Shown: piece by piece, positions 1 to 7,882 of the stretch
How the letters are laid out: each line of letters opens with the position of its first letter
Numbering within the stretch: the first letter of the stretch is position 1
DNA from: an uncultured virus (IMG/VR IMGVR_UViG_3300014576_000001)
Lineage: Duplodnaviria > Heunggongvirae > Uroviricota > Caudoviricetes
IMG/VR virus record: IMGVR_UViG_3300014576_000001
Strand: one strand, 5' to 3'
Length of the DNA: 30,049 nucleotides
Translations under genes and position numbers: made by a program
The notes under the pieces: generated by a model
The model's database searches: none
Told to the model about the DNA's origin: nothing
What the model saw: the letters and a program-made list of their open reading frames with translations, nothing else

Positions 1-136
1 TCCATGGCCCAGTTCGACCACGGAACATCCGAATGCCCTGTTCGATCAGTGTGCGTTCCACGTCCGACCGGCGCTGGTAGCCCGTGATGCGCTGCAGGTC
101 CTCAAAGTCGAGGACCGATGCGGTTCCATTTCCCAT
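1..136 (-). CDS. DUF4224-like / excisionase-like small DNA-binding protein (3'-truncated by window edge)
   Basis: Hand translation from ATG 136 (in-frame alternative ATG 148): MGNGTASVLDFEDLQRITGYQRRSDVERTLIEQGIRMFRGRTGPW...; LxxxDLxxITGY pattern typical of proteins next to phage integrases. Not in ORF track. Confidence 0.7.
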   Translation of the reverse strand, partial: MGNGTASVLDFEDLQRITGYQRRSDVERTLIEQGIRMFRGRTGPW

Positions 137-149
137 GGTATTTCTCATG

Positions 150-190
150 AAAAAGCCCCGCCGGCATTGTGGCGCAATGCCGGTGGGCTT
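150..190 (-). terminator. Rho-independent terminator of leftward early transcript
   Basis: Minus strand AAGCCCACCGGCATTG-CGCCA-CAATGCCGGCGGGGCTTTTTT: long GC stem followed by a U tract. Confidence 0.8.
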
Positions 191-250
191 GTTATTAGAA
201 GTTGTTGGCAGGTTTTCTAATGGCTCGAAGTGTAGCTACCCGCGATGCGC

Positions 251-1204
251 TTATTGCCCTGCGTCCCGTTTTGCGGAAACACGCTGCCGAACTGAACGAG
301 CAAGTCTCAGGAACACGTCTTCATTCACGCCGAAGCTGAGAGCTTCCTGGCACGCTGACGACGCCAGTTCGCGCAGAGCGTCATCCAGATCGTCGCCGCG
401 CTCGACTGCTCGTGCTGATTTTCCTTCAGTGATAGGCGCTATCGCTACATCGTGTATCCGCTGGGCAAGCCCCTTCAGATCGTCCGAGAGAGAGCCATCG
501 CCGCGATACAGCGCGGTACTGGCCATCTTGACGAGCATTTCCTTGGACTCAATCAGCAACCCCAACTGGTCCAGGTCTCGTTCCTGCAGAGCGTGAATTT
601 CCATTCGGATAGCGTCGGTATTTTGTGAGCCGTTCGAAACGATTAATCCGGCGCCGATCAGATCGAGGGATGCGCGAAGGCTGTCCCGTTCAGATTGCAG
701 GCGATCGAATCGTTGCGCACATGCTTCGATAGCGCCGTTCCACTGCTGCGCCATGTCCCATTCGTTGTAGATGTTGTCGCCGACGATCTTCATGCCGCTG
801 TCGTCAATGAGCGCCGGAAGCAAATCATCATCCAGCAGATGTTGGATTTGGGTGGATAGGGTTTCCAGTGTGCGCTGATTCCAAGCCTCCAGCGCCTCGC
901 TGATCGAGACGTAACACAGAGATGTGAGCGAACAACCCAAGCACTCAACGATGAATCCACGTTGCCACTCGGTGAGCTTCGCCCGGCAACCGCAGCAAGG
1001 ACACGCCCGAAGCCCATCGGTATGAACTTCACGTACAAACTCGCTGGGCGGTTCTGGCGCGGCAGCAACCATTGCGTTGTAGATGACGTATTCGCTATTG
1101 CTTCCGGTTTCCTCCATATATTTACGGGCGGCTTCAGCGCCTGCGTCCTGCATTTGACGATGCGCAACGGTTGGAACGAGTTTCCACTGAACGGTCATTT
1201 TCAT
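251..1204 (-). CDS. Modular phage early protein with Lar-like (restriction alleviation) Zn-binding domain
   Basis: CPCCG...VECLGC...EALEAWNQR motif; N-terminal WKLVP...YNAMVAAAPEP phage module; start moved to 1204 because of AGAAGGA RBS. Confidence 0.75.
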   Translation of the reverse strand: MKMTVQWKLVPTVAHRQMQDAGAEAARKYMEETGSNSEYVIYNAMVAAAPEPPSEFVREVHTDGLRACPCCGCRAKLTEWQRGFIVECLGCSLTSLCYVSISEALEAWNQRTLETLSTQIQHLLDDDLLPALIDDSGMKIVGDNIYNEWDMAQQWNGAIEACAQRFDRLQSERDSLRASLDLIGAGLIVSNGSQNTDAIRMEIHALQERDLDQLGLLIESKEMLVKMASTALYRGDGSLSDDLKGLAQRIHDVAIAPITEGKSARAVERGDDLDDALRELASSACQEALSFGVNEDVFLRLARSVRQRVSAKRDAGQ

Positions 1205-1223
1205 TGTCCTTCTGATCAAGAGG

Positions 1224-1439
1224 TTAGCGTCTGTAGCGCTGTTCTTTTGCGAGACGAGCGGCCAAGCGTTCGGCCATTAGCGCCGCCCATTCCTCGGCTT
1301 TACGCTCCTGGCGCGCGCGGCTGCAGGTCTGGTGATTTCGGGCCGATCGGGCGCGCCCGCAGATGTCGCAGATGCTGGGAAGGTCCAGACGCTTACTGGC
1401 CATCGTGGGCCGCTCGCGCATCGCCATGGTTTTAGGCAT
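1224..1439 (-). CDS. Phage hypothetical protein, CxxC...HxxC Zn-finger-like
   Basis: 71-aa ORF with CDIC and HQTC, overlapping upstream gene by 8 nt in operon orientation. Confidence 0.75.
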   Translation of the reverse strand: MPKTMAMRERPTMASKRLDLPSICDICGRARSARNHQTCSRARQERKAEEWAALMAERLAARLAKEQRYRR

Positions 1440-2031
1440 CGGCCACCGCCTTGACTTGGAGCTTCGACTGGCGGGCAGCTTCGTACTCGCTGGTGGTTAT
1501 CTCAGTTGCCCCACTGATCCAGCCGGCGGATGGTCTGCCGTACGCAACGTTGGCCAAGTGCGCTGCCTCGTTGATCGAAAACCCGAGATTGAAATAGGCA
1601 ACGGAGTTGAATTCGAAAAATATGCCGCCTGACAGCAGAAGGTTTCCGGTGTTGATCCTGAGTTGGCTCCACGTTTCATGAATGCTTAAGCGCGGAGGGC
1701 AGTTTTCATTCCACTGCTCGACGAGCCGCTTATGCTCGTCACGGATAGCGGCGCGTTCTTGTTTGCTGATGCCTTTGGGCGGTATAGCGTTGGTGCGCAG
1801 CGACCTGTAGCCGTGGTCATCAGGGCGGCACCAATGCACGTCCAGTTCCCGGCTGCTACTGAGCTTTACGCCGCCGGCATAGCAGGAGGTCATGTCTTGC
1901 ATCGGTGCGATTACGCCCCCGAACAGTTCGCCCAGCCGTTTCATCGCTGCTCTTTGAGCGTCTTTCCGATCGTAGAAGTCTCGGACAATCGCGACCGTGG
2001 CCGGTGCTTCGCTTTTGTAGAAATAGCTCAT
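1432..2031 (-). CDS. Phage hypothetical protein
   Basis: MSYFYKSEAP... start at 2031 forms an ATGA overlap with upstream stop; track start 2133 overlaps the upstream gene and is unlikely. Confidence 0.8.
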   Translation of the reverse strand: MSYFYKSEAPATVAIVRDFYDRKDAQRAAMKRLGELFGGVIAPMQDMTSCYAGGVKLSSSRELDVHWCRPDDHGYRSLRTNAIPPKGISKQERAAIRDEHKRLVEQWNENCPPRLSIHETWSQLRINTGNLLLSGGIFFEFNSVAYFNLGFSINEAAHLANVAYGRPSAGWISGATEITTSEYEAARQSKLQVKAVADA

Positions 2032-2291
2032 ACAGATGCTCCAACAGAAATTGGTTTGGCCAGCAGCTGGGCCACAACAGCGGTTTCGTTCTCGCTGAGG
2101 GCTCCGAGGTGATGGGCCATGGTGGCCAGACATTCGAGGCGAATTCGCGCATCGGGTGACTTGCTCACCTGGTAGTCGAACAAGGCGGTACCGACGATCC
2201 GTATAGCCATCAGGTGGCGGGCTGACTGCGCGCCCTGGTCGTGCGATGTGATAGCCTTCGGATCGCCGCTGCTTTGGTGCTGTGCTTGCAT
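2028..2291 (-). CDS. Phage hypothetical protein
   Basis: 87-aa ORF, GAGGG RBS, translationally coupled to next gene. Confidence 0.75.
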   Translation of the reverse strand: MQAQHQSSGDPKAITSHDQGAQSARHLMAIRIVGTALFDYQVSKSPDARIRLECLATMAHHLGALSENETAVVAQLLAKPISVGASV

Positions 2292-2384
2292 GGTGTTGCC
2301 CTCAGTGGTGGTCGGTGTCGAGGGGGTGCCACCCCTCGATGCCCTTCAATTACCGGCGCTCGCCGGCGTTCTATCGATGATTCG

Positions 2385-2675
2385 CTAGGCCTTTCGCACC
2401 AGGTGAATCACCAAATCTTCAAACTTCCCTTCGTCATCGCAGGAGTTCCACTCCAGAACGCCCTGGACGTGTGCCCGCGAACAATCCATCACGAGAATTT
2501 CGCGTTCGCCTCGAACGGCGCGGACTTCCAGAATCCCCACCAGGCCGTCGGCGGCGTAAGCCTCGGCATGCACGATCGGAAGGCCGTCAGGCGTTTGTTT
2601 CAGCCCTGCGATGACAGTCCCGATCACGTCAGATGAATCGTCAGTTCCTGAACTGCTAATCACTTGAATCTGCAT
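2385..2675 (-). CDS. Phage hypothetical protein
   Basis: 96-aa ORF with GAGGAGG RBS directly after primase stop. Confidence 0.8.
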   Translation of the reverse strand: MQIQVISSSGTDDSSDVIGTVIAGLKQTPDGLPIVHAEAYAADGLVGILEVRAVRGEREILVMDCSRAHVQGVLEWNSCDDEGKFEDLVIHLVRKA

Positions 2676-2685
2676 CGCTTCCTCC

Positions 2686-5379
2686 TCACGCAGCCTGGAA
2701 AATCCAGCACCGGACGGTTTTGGGCTTGTTAGCGGCGTCGACGTCCCAGGACGAGCACACGTTTCTGTTCGTCTCCACGAATTTCGGGCACTTGCTGGTT
2801 TTCAGGTGGCGTTTGAGTTCGGTCAGATCCGGAACCTTCTGCCGCTTCTCTGCCGCCTCTTTCGCGAAGTCGTTGAGGTTGACTGCGATCAGGCTTTCAT
2901 TGCGCGAGTGGTTCAGTCCGCCGGCGGCGCTGTTGAGGTACTCGTACAGCTCCCAAAACTCGACCACGATCGGGTGATCAGCATTGATGGCCAACTGGCG
3001 CTCCTTGGCCATGTCCTGAATCTCGGCGTGTGCCGCGTCAACCTGGTGCTGCTGCAAGGGCACGACATGCACCAGGGCGTCGACCAAGGCATGCAGTTGA
3101 GCGTGGTTTTTGGCGATACGGACGGTGCGAATTTCAGGTAACTGCAGCAGCTTCTGTTCGTAGCTGGGCACGCCCGCTTTCACGGTCTGCATTACTTGGG
3201 CTTCCCTGGTAGTCGCCATCACCAGGAACCCGCTCACCTTGTCCACTGGCATCTGCTCAAGCTCTTCCACCAGCAGTTTGGTTTTCGCGGTCTGACCGTC
3301 TTTGGTCATGCCGACGTGAGCAATACGCTGCAGGATGGGTTCGGAGGCATTGACGGCATGGTTTTGGGCAAAAACGAAAGCCCCACGAAACGGCGGTTCC
3401 CGCGTGTCGTTGCCGTTGTTCTTCACGCCGGTCGACCGAACGCTGCGCCCGTTGTAAGCGGTCTTCAGTTCGTCCCAGTCGTATTGTTTAGTGGCGCTAC
3501 CATCGGTTTTTTCGCGCTCGGACTCGATCAGCACGACGGGCAGATTCCCGACTTGGGCGAAGTTACGTGCGCGGGCAACCGGCGTGCCTTTGGATGGGTC
3601 GAAACCTTCGTAATCGAGGCGTCCGAGCAGCTTCCAAAGGAATTCGATCAGCGTCGACTTACCCGCGCCGGCCTCACCGACAACCTCAAGGAACAGGTAG
3701 CTTTTCTGGTGCTGCCGGATCTGCTCTGCGAACAGGGAGCCCAGCCAAAAAGCCAGAACGACAATCCCTTTGGCACCGAAGCACTGCCAAAGGATTTCCA
3801 GCCATCGGGTGGTGAACTTGTTCAGGTCGGTATTGATATTTAGGGCAACAGATTGGCTAAGCGTCTTAATGCTCAGTTTGTCCATGTCGAAAAAGTCCTC
3901 TTCGTTTAACTCGTAAACCTTGCCGTCACGCACTGCCACGTCGCCGTAGACGTACGCGCCGTGCTCACGGGTGTACCCGGTGAAGTCGATGGTCTGAACG
4001 GTCTTGAGTGCGTTGGTTTGCTCTTCAATGAACGCATCCAACTGCTGCGTGGTGCCGGTGAACATCCCACCAGGTGCAATGCCGAGCAGGCGTTTCTTGA
4101 ATTCGGCGGACGATGCGATTTGCGAACTGGTGAAGGTGTTCTTGATCGGCGCTGCGTCGTGAGCGAACGTGATTCGGAAGTAGTACCAGGACTCGTCTGT
4201 AAGCTTGTTTTCCTGGTAGTACAGGGCCTTCGGGTTACATGTCGCGATACGTTGAATGGCGCCGCATTGCTGCATCGCTTTTGCCCGACGCTGTTTGTCG
4301 TTCAACAGCTGATCGTCCTGGTGCTCGCTATCCTCCAGGTCCTGGATCGCACGGTTATATTTTTCAAGATCGAGCTTGAACCAATACAGCCGGTTTCCGA
4401 ACTCCAAGTGAAATTCGCTACGGCGATTCCAGTCGAAGAGCACCAGTGCTTTTTCAGTCGCGTTATCAGCAATCAGCAGGGCACCGTGATGACGCGCAAC
4501 CGCGAGGTCTTTCGTAACCTGTGCATCACGCTTCTCACCGGTGTCTAAAGCCCACCAGCGCTGATGCAGGTCATTCCAGTCAACCTTCCTGCCGTCACGC
4601 TGGGGGATCTGTGCTGCTTCGCAGACAAAACCCAACTCACGCGCCTGGCGTACCCATCGTTTGGTGTAGGCGTGCGCACCTGGCTCGTTGTCCAATGCCC
4701 AGATCAGCTTCGGCATATTGCCGGCGCGATCGATGGCCAACTGTCGGAGGGATTCGTCGGGAAAGGCGTTGGAGGACATCGCCGACACAGCGGGGATGCC
4801 GTTATGCACCAGGGCGATCGCATCGAAGATTCCTTCAACGATCCACAGTTCTTTGACGTCCAGCAGCTCGACGCACGGCGGGCACCACCAGACGCCCTTG
4901 TAGCTTTCACCAGGCTTGAACCGAGCCTTCATTTTTCCGAATCGCGCAGGGCGGTCGATCAGGCGTTCCCAGTAACCGCCTTTATCAAGTGCGAAACGGA
5001 CAGTGGCGCTGCCGGCGTCGTGCTGAGCCGAAAAGTAGGTTTCCTGAGTGAACCAACCTGCAATAAGCGACATATCAAAGCTGCGAGCAAATTCCATGTA
5101 TGCCCGTGCTGTTGCCGTTGGCGCATTGTCCGTAGCCGGGGCGCGCTTGCTCCAGTCCTCAAACAGGTCGTCGTATATTTCTTTGACATGCAGAGTGTGG
5201 CCACACTTTTCCTGCCGGCCACAGATCAGCTGCCACGGGCTGTCGAAGCGTGTGTACAGCTCTTTCTTATTACATTTTGGGCAGGTGCCACCGCGCATGT
5301 AATTAGTCGGCACGCGGTGTTTCAGGCCGTAATCGGACTGGATGCGCTGCAGGACGTCGTGACGAAGATCGTCTCTCAT
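2686..5379 (-). CDS. Bifunctional DNA primase/helicase (Zn finger + TOPRIM + P-loop ATPase)
   Basis: N-terminal CPKC...CGRQEKC; TOPRIM motifs IVEGIFDA and LDNEP; Walker A GEAGAGKST; Walker B-like VVLIESE. Confidence 0.9.
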   Translation of the reverse strand: MRDDLRHDVLQRIQSDYGLKHRVPTNYMRGGTCPKCNKKELYTRFDSPWQLICGRQEKCGHTLHVKEIYDDLFEDWSKRAPATDNAPTATARAYMEFARSFDMSLIAGWFTQETYFSAQHDAGSATVRFALDKGGYWERLIDRPARFGKMKARFKPGESYKGVWWCPPCVELLDVKELWIVEGIFDAIALVHNGIPAVSAMSSNAFPDESLRQLAIDRAGNMPKLIWALDNEPGAHAYTKRWVRQARELGFVCEAAQIPQRDGRKVDWNDLHQRWWALDTGEKRDAQVTKDLAVARHHGALLIADNATEKALVLFDWNRRSEFHLEFGNRLYWFKLDLEKYNRAIQDLEDSEHQDDQLLNDKQRRAKAMQQCGAIQRIATCNPKALYYQENKLTDESWYYFRITFAHDAAPIKNTFTSSQIASSAEFKKRLLGIAPGGMFTGTTQQLDAFIEEQTNALKTVQTIDFTGYTREHGAYVYGDVAVRDGKVYELNEEDFFDMDKLSIKTLSQSVALNINTDLNKFTTRWLEILWQCFGAKGIVVLAFWLGSLFAEQIRQHQKSYLFLEVVGEAGAGKSTLIEFLWKLLGRLDYEGFDPSKGTPVARARNFAQVGNLPVVLIESEREKTDGSATKQYDWDELKTAYNGRSVRSTGVKNNGNDTREPPFRGAFVFAQNHAVNASEPILQRIAHVGMTKDGQTAKTKLLVEELEQMPVDKVSGFLVMATTREAQVMQTVKAGVPSYEQKLLQLPEIRTVRIAKNHAQLHALVDALVHVVPLQQHQVDAAHAEIQDMAKERQLAINADHPIVVEFWELYEYLNSAAGGLNHSRNESLIAVNLNDFAKEAAEKRQKVPDLTELKRHLKTSKCPKFVETNRNVCSSWDVDAANKPKTVRCWIFQAA

Positions 5380-5615
5380 GATTGCTTCACTGCTTTAAGG
5401 CTGAGGGACAGCGCGGCCATCAGGCGTTTTTGCGCTGCCATCGCTGGTTTCTTCTTGAGGATTGAGCTGTGCCGTTCTCCGTCCGGGACGTAGCGAAACT
5501 CATCCGCGTACCAGTGCTCGTTGAGGCTTGTGCTGTAGCTTTGGCGCATGGCAGCTAGCAGCGCTTCGGCCTCTGCAGCTGGCATTTGGGCGGTGATTTG
5601 CAGTGCGTTTCCCAT
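5376..5615 (-). CDS. Phage hypothetical protein
   Basis: MGNALQIT... with GAGG RBS; ATGA overlap with primase start. Confidence 0.75.
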   Translation of the reverse strand: MGNALQITAQMPAAEAEALLAAMRQSYSTSLNEHWYADEFRYVPDGERHSSILKKKPAMAAQKRLMAALSLSLKAVKQS

Positions 5616-5687
5616 CAAAAACCTCGAATTCGGGCGCAGCTCACCCAAACCCACGGGAAGCGGGATAGGGCGTTGTTAAAGGGGGTG

Positions 5688-6050
5688 TTACGAGTGGGTC
5701 AGGCGGAATCGCCCGTTATCCGGGGTATTGATGATGCGTTCATAGATCAGGCTGACCGGGATAGCCCAGGCAATGCCGGTGAAGGGGTCGACGATCACCG
5801 AATGGGTATCGGTACTGGTCAGGACATCGAGGCGCTGCCGATCGCGGATCGCGTGCAAATCAGCCAGAGCCAGACCGACGATCTGCTCTGCTTTGCTGGT
5901 GAGGATGTCGAAGTCATTCACTAGGTGCTGAACCGCCCTGCCGAACAGCATCTGGTCGTTGCTCAAATGCTCGGAGTGATGACGCTCCAGGAACGCAAGG
6001 GCTGCGGCTTTCAGAACGTCCAGATACTGCTGGGCTGCAGGCGTCGTCAT
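5688..6050 (-). CDS. Phage hypothetical protein
   Basis: 120-aa ORF, ATGA overlap with upstream CII-like gene. Confidence 0.8.
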   Translation of the reverse strand: MTTPAAQQYLDVLKAAALAFLERHHSEHLSNDQMLFGRAVQHLVNDFDILTSKAEQIVGLALADLHAIRDRQRLDVLTSTDTHSVIVDPFTGIAWAIPVSLIYERIINTPDNGRFRLTHS

Positions 6051-6526
6051 TGTGCTGACTCCGGGCGTTGGCGGTGCAGCTCGATCGCTGCCAGAACTTC
6101 GGCGTGCCGCGCAGCCATGTGCAGGTTATGGGCAGACATGATTGCGTCGGCCTCGGCTTCGTTGATCACACCGTCGCCCAGTGCTTTGGCAATGGCCTGG
6201 TCCACAGTCCCACGCTTTGCCGCGACCTGTACCGACATCGTGTACAGCTCGACGCCATCCAGTTGTTCCGGGTCCGCGACCGGAACGAAGATGCCGCCAT
6301 AAAGCGCTGCCACGTAGTTGGCCATGTGAGTGGTGTCGGTCTCTAGCTCCAACTGACGGATCTGGATTTCAGTCAATGGCCGGATGCCGTTGTTCTCGTA
6401 GGCGTGGTTATCGAACTTCTTCAAGTTCATGCCGAGGCGAGCAGCAGCGCATTCGCGACCACCGGGATACGCGCAGATGATCGTGCTGACCACTTCACGC
6501 AATGTACTTAGAACCTGAGCTTTCAT
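6047..6526 (-). CDS. CII-like / YmfL-like phage regulatory protein
   Basis: MKAQVLSTLREVV...YPGGRECAAARLGM HTH-like N-terminus and DGVINEAEADAI C-terminal motif; GAGGGG RBS; position after Cro-like gene. Confidence 0.75.
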   Translation of the reverse strand: MKAQVLSTLREVVSTIICAYPGGRECAAARLGMNLKKFDNHAYENNGIRPLTEIQIRQLELETDTTHMANYVAALYGGIFVPVADPEQLDGVELYTMSVQVAAKRGTVDQAIAKALGDGVINEAEADAIMSAHNLHMAARHAEVLAAIELHRQRPESAQ

Positions 6527-6555
6527 GTTCTGGTGTCCCCTCAATGGCCTGGCCA

Positions 6556-6768
6556 TTACTGTGCAATCACGCCGTCTTTGATTCCGAGCAGTACGGCGGC
6601 GCGATGTGCCTCCCCACGGCGACAATGGCTCTGGCCACTCAGCACCGCGTAAACGGTGCTGGGGTTGAGCTGATGCTGAGTTGCAAAATCTTTCACCGTC
6701 TGCCCTCTGCGCTCCAGCGCTTCGCGCGCTATTTGACGGGCTTGCTCGGTGGTGGTGCTGTTCGGCAT
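6556..6768 (-). CDS. Cro/Ner-like DNA-binding protein (BcepMu gp16-like)
   Basis: 70 aa MPNSTTTEQAR...FATQHQLNPSTVYAVLSG...RGEAHRAAVLLGIKDG; divergent from repressor. Confidence 0.85.
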   Translation of the reverse strand: MPNSTTTEQARQIAREALERRGQTVKDFATQHQLNPSTVYAVLSGQSHCRRGEAHRAAVLLGIKDGVIAQ

Positions 6769-6852
6769 AGTGCAATTCCTTGCGACTTCGTGTGATGTCG
6801 TGCAAAGGATGTGGCAAAAAACTGCCAATGTAAATATGCGGATGGAAAAATA
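6769..6852. promoter_or_regulatory. Lysis/lysogeny switch intergenic region with candidate operators
   Basis: Divergent Cro/CI starts; inverted repeat TGGCA-N6-TGCCA (6812-6827) and imperfect CCTTGCGAC...GTCGTGCAAAGG. Confidence 0.55.
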
Positions 6853-7203
6853 TTGACCCTTTCTGAAGAAATCGGGGCGCGCCTTCGTGAGCAGCGTTAC
6901 GCCGCTGGATTGACACAAGATCAGGTGGCGGAAAAGTTGGGAGTGTCTAAACGGACCCAAGGAAATTACGAGGCGGGTTCCAGCGATGCCACGGCTTCTT
7001 ACTTGTGCGTCGTGGAGCGAGAGCTTGGGTTTGACGTGGCGTACATCCTGAGTGGCGTAAAAAAAACGCTCGCTGCAGATACATTGAGTCAAGAAGAAGA
7101 CATGGTAATCAAGCAATACCGCAGCATTCCTAGCGAGGATCAGGTCGCGGTTCGTCGTTTCTTGAAGGCGATGGCAGACGACGCTGCAAAGCAGTCGACT
7201 TAA
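6853..7203 (+). CDS. CI-like XRE-family HTH repressor
   Basis: IGARLREQRYAAGLTQDQVAEKLGVSKRTQGNYEAG HTH; no S24 peptidase domain; start uncertain (TTG 6853 vs GTG 6811). Confidence 0.88.
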   Translation: MTLSEEIGARLREQRYAAGLTQDQVAEKLGVSKRTQGNYEAGSSDATASYLCVVERELGFDVAYILSGVKKTLAADTLSQEEDMVIKQYRSIPSEDQVAVRRFLKAMADDAAKQST

Positions 7204-7304
7204 GTTGTAACAAAATATTTGAAACATTACTTACACCCCGCCATATAGCAGTCAGCAACCCGCCGATACCTTCGATTCAGCTATGCACAATCGGAGAATC
7301 ACGC

Positions 7305-7490
7305 ATGTTGGATAACACCAAGGTTGGTAATCATTTCCCTGAAGCAATTGAGTTTGAATGGCACACGCTGACGAAGATCGAGCGGCGCCTGATTCAGGTT
7401 TATCGCCGTCTCAGCGAGCAAGAGCGAAAGCAACTGAAACGCCTCACAGAGCTGCTGGCTGAAAACCCGGAAGAAGGTTTGGCCACGTAA
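7305..7490 (+). CDS. Small protein resembling the repressor C-terminal domain
   Basis: 61 aa, GGAGA RBS; TLTKIERRLIQVYRRL aligns with repressor TLSQEEDMVIKQYRSI. Confidence 0.75.
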   Translation: MLDNTKVGNHFPEAIEFEWHTLTKIERRLIQVYRRLSEQERKQLKRLTELLAENPEEGLAT

Positions 7491-7500
7491 CACCGCTACA

Positions 7501-7548
7501 ACCTGCAGCAACACGTAGGTCATCGCCGGCTATGCGGAGGTCGGCGAT
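7501..7548. terminator. Tandem hairpins between convergent genes
   Basis: ACCTGC/GTAGGT (7501-7520) and ATCGCCGGCT/GGTCGGCGAT (7522-7548); no clear U tract. Confidence 0.45.
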
Positions 7549-7555
7549 CCGGGCG

Positions 7556-7816
7556 CTACGCCACCGCTTGTGTGCCCAACTGATCGAACAGCTCCCGCTG
7601 TTTCGCCCTGGGCAAATCCTTCAAACGATCAAACAGCATTCGGTCAAATGTCTGAGCCGAAGGGCTGAGCGTGTGCGAGTACGTGAGGTTCGCAACCCAC
7701 GTGTGCCCGCACTTTGCGTCCAGGCACTGGCAGTAGAGTTTGACGAACATCCGGGAGACTTCCTCCCGTGAGCTGATGCGCCCTTTATGTTCGCAACTGG
7801 TGCAATAGATCCGCAT
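7556..7816 (-). CDS. ogr: Ogr/Delta-like Zn-finger late transcription activator
   Basis: CTSC...YCQCLDAKCGHTW...LSPSA motif; GGGGAGG RBS. Confidence 0.92.
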   Translation of the reverse strand: MRIYCTSCEHKGRISSREEVSRMFVKLYCQCLDAKCGHTWVANLTYSHTLSPSAQTFDRMLFDRLKDLPRAKQRELFDQLGTQAVA

Positions 7817-7882
7817 GATTCCCTCCCCAGGGCTAGCTGACTGGCCACTATATTGCCATGTTTTATAGGTTGGATCCCTTCT

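Noticed and set aside
2720..5493. Long plus-strand ORFs opposite the primase (e.g. 4564-5493, 3196-3843)
   Set aside because: Antisense shadow ORFs typical of GC-rich coding DNA; no motifs.
6047..7227. Extended ORF-track versions 6047-6916 and 6556-7227
   Set aside because: Upstream extensions overlap the Cro-like and CI genes; RBS or motif evidence supports starts at 6526 and 6768.
7491..7882. cos site or anti-phage defence hotspot next to the portal
   Set aside because: No match to the P2 cos sequence and no room for cargo genes; only ogr lies here.
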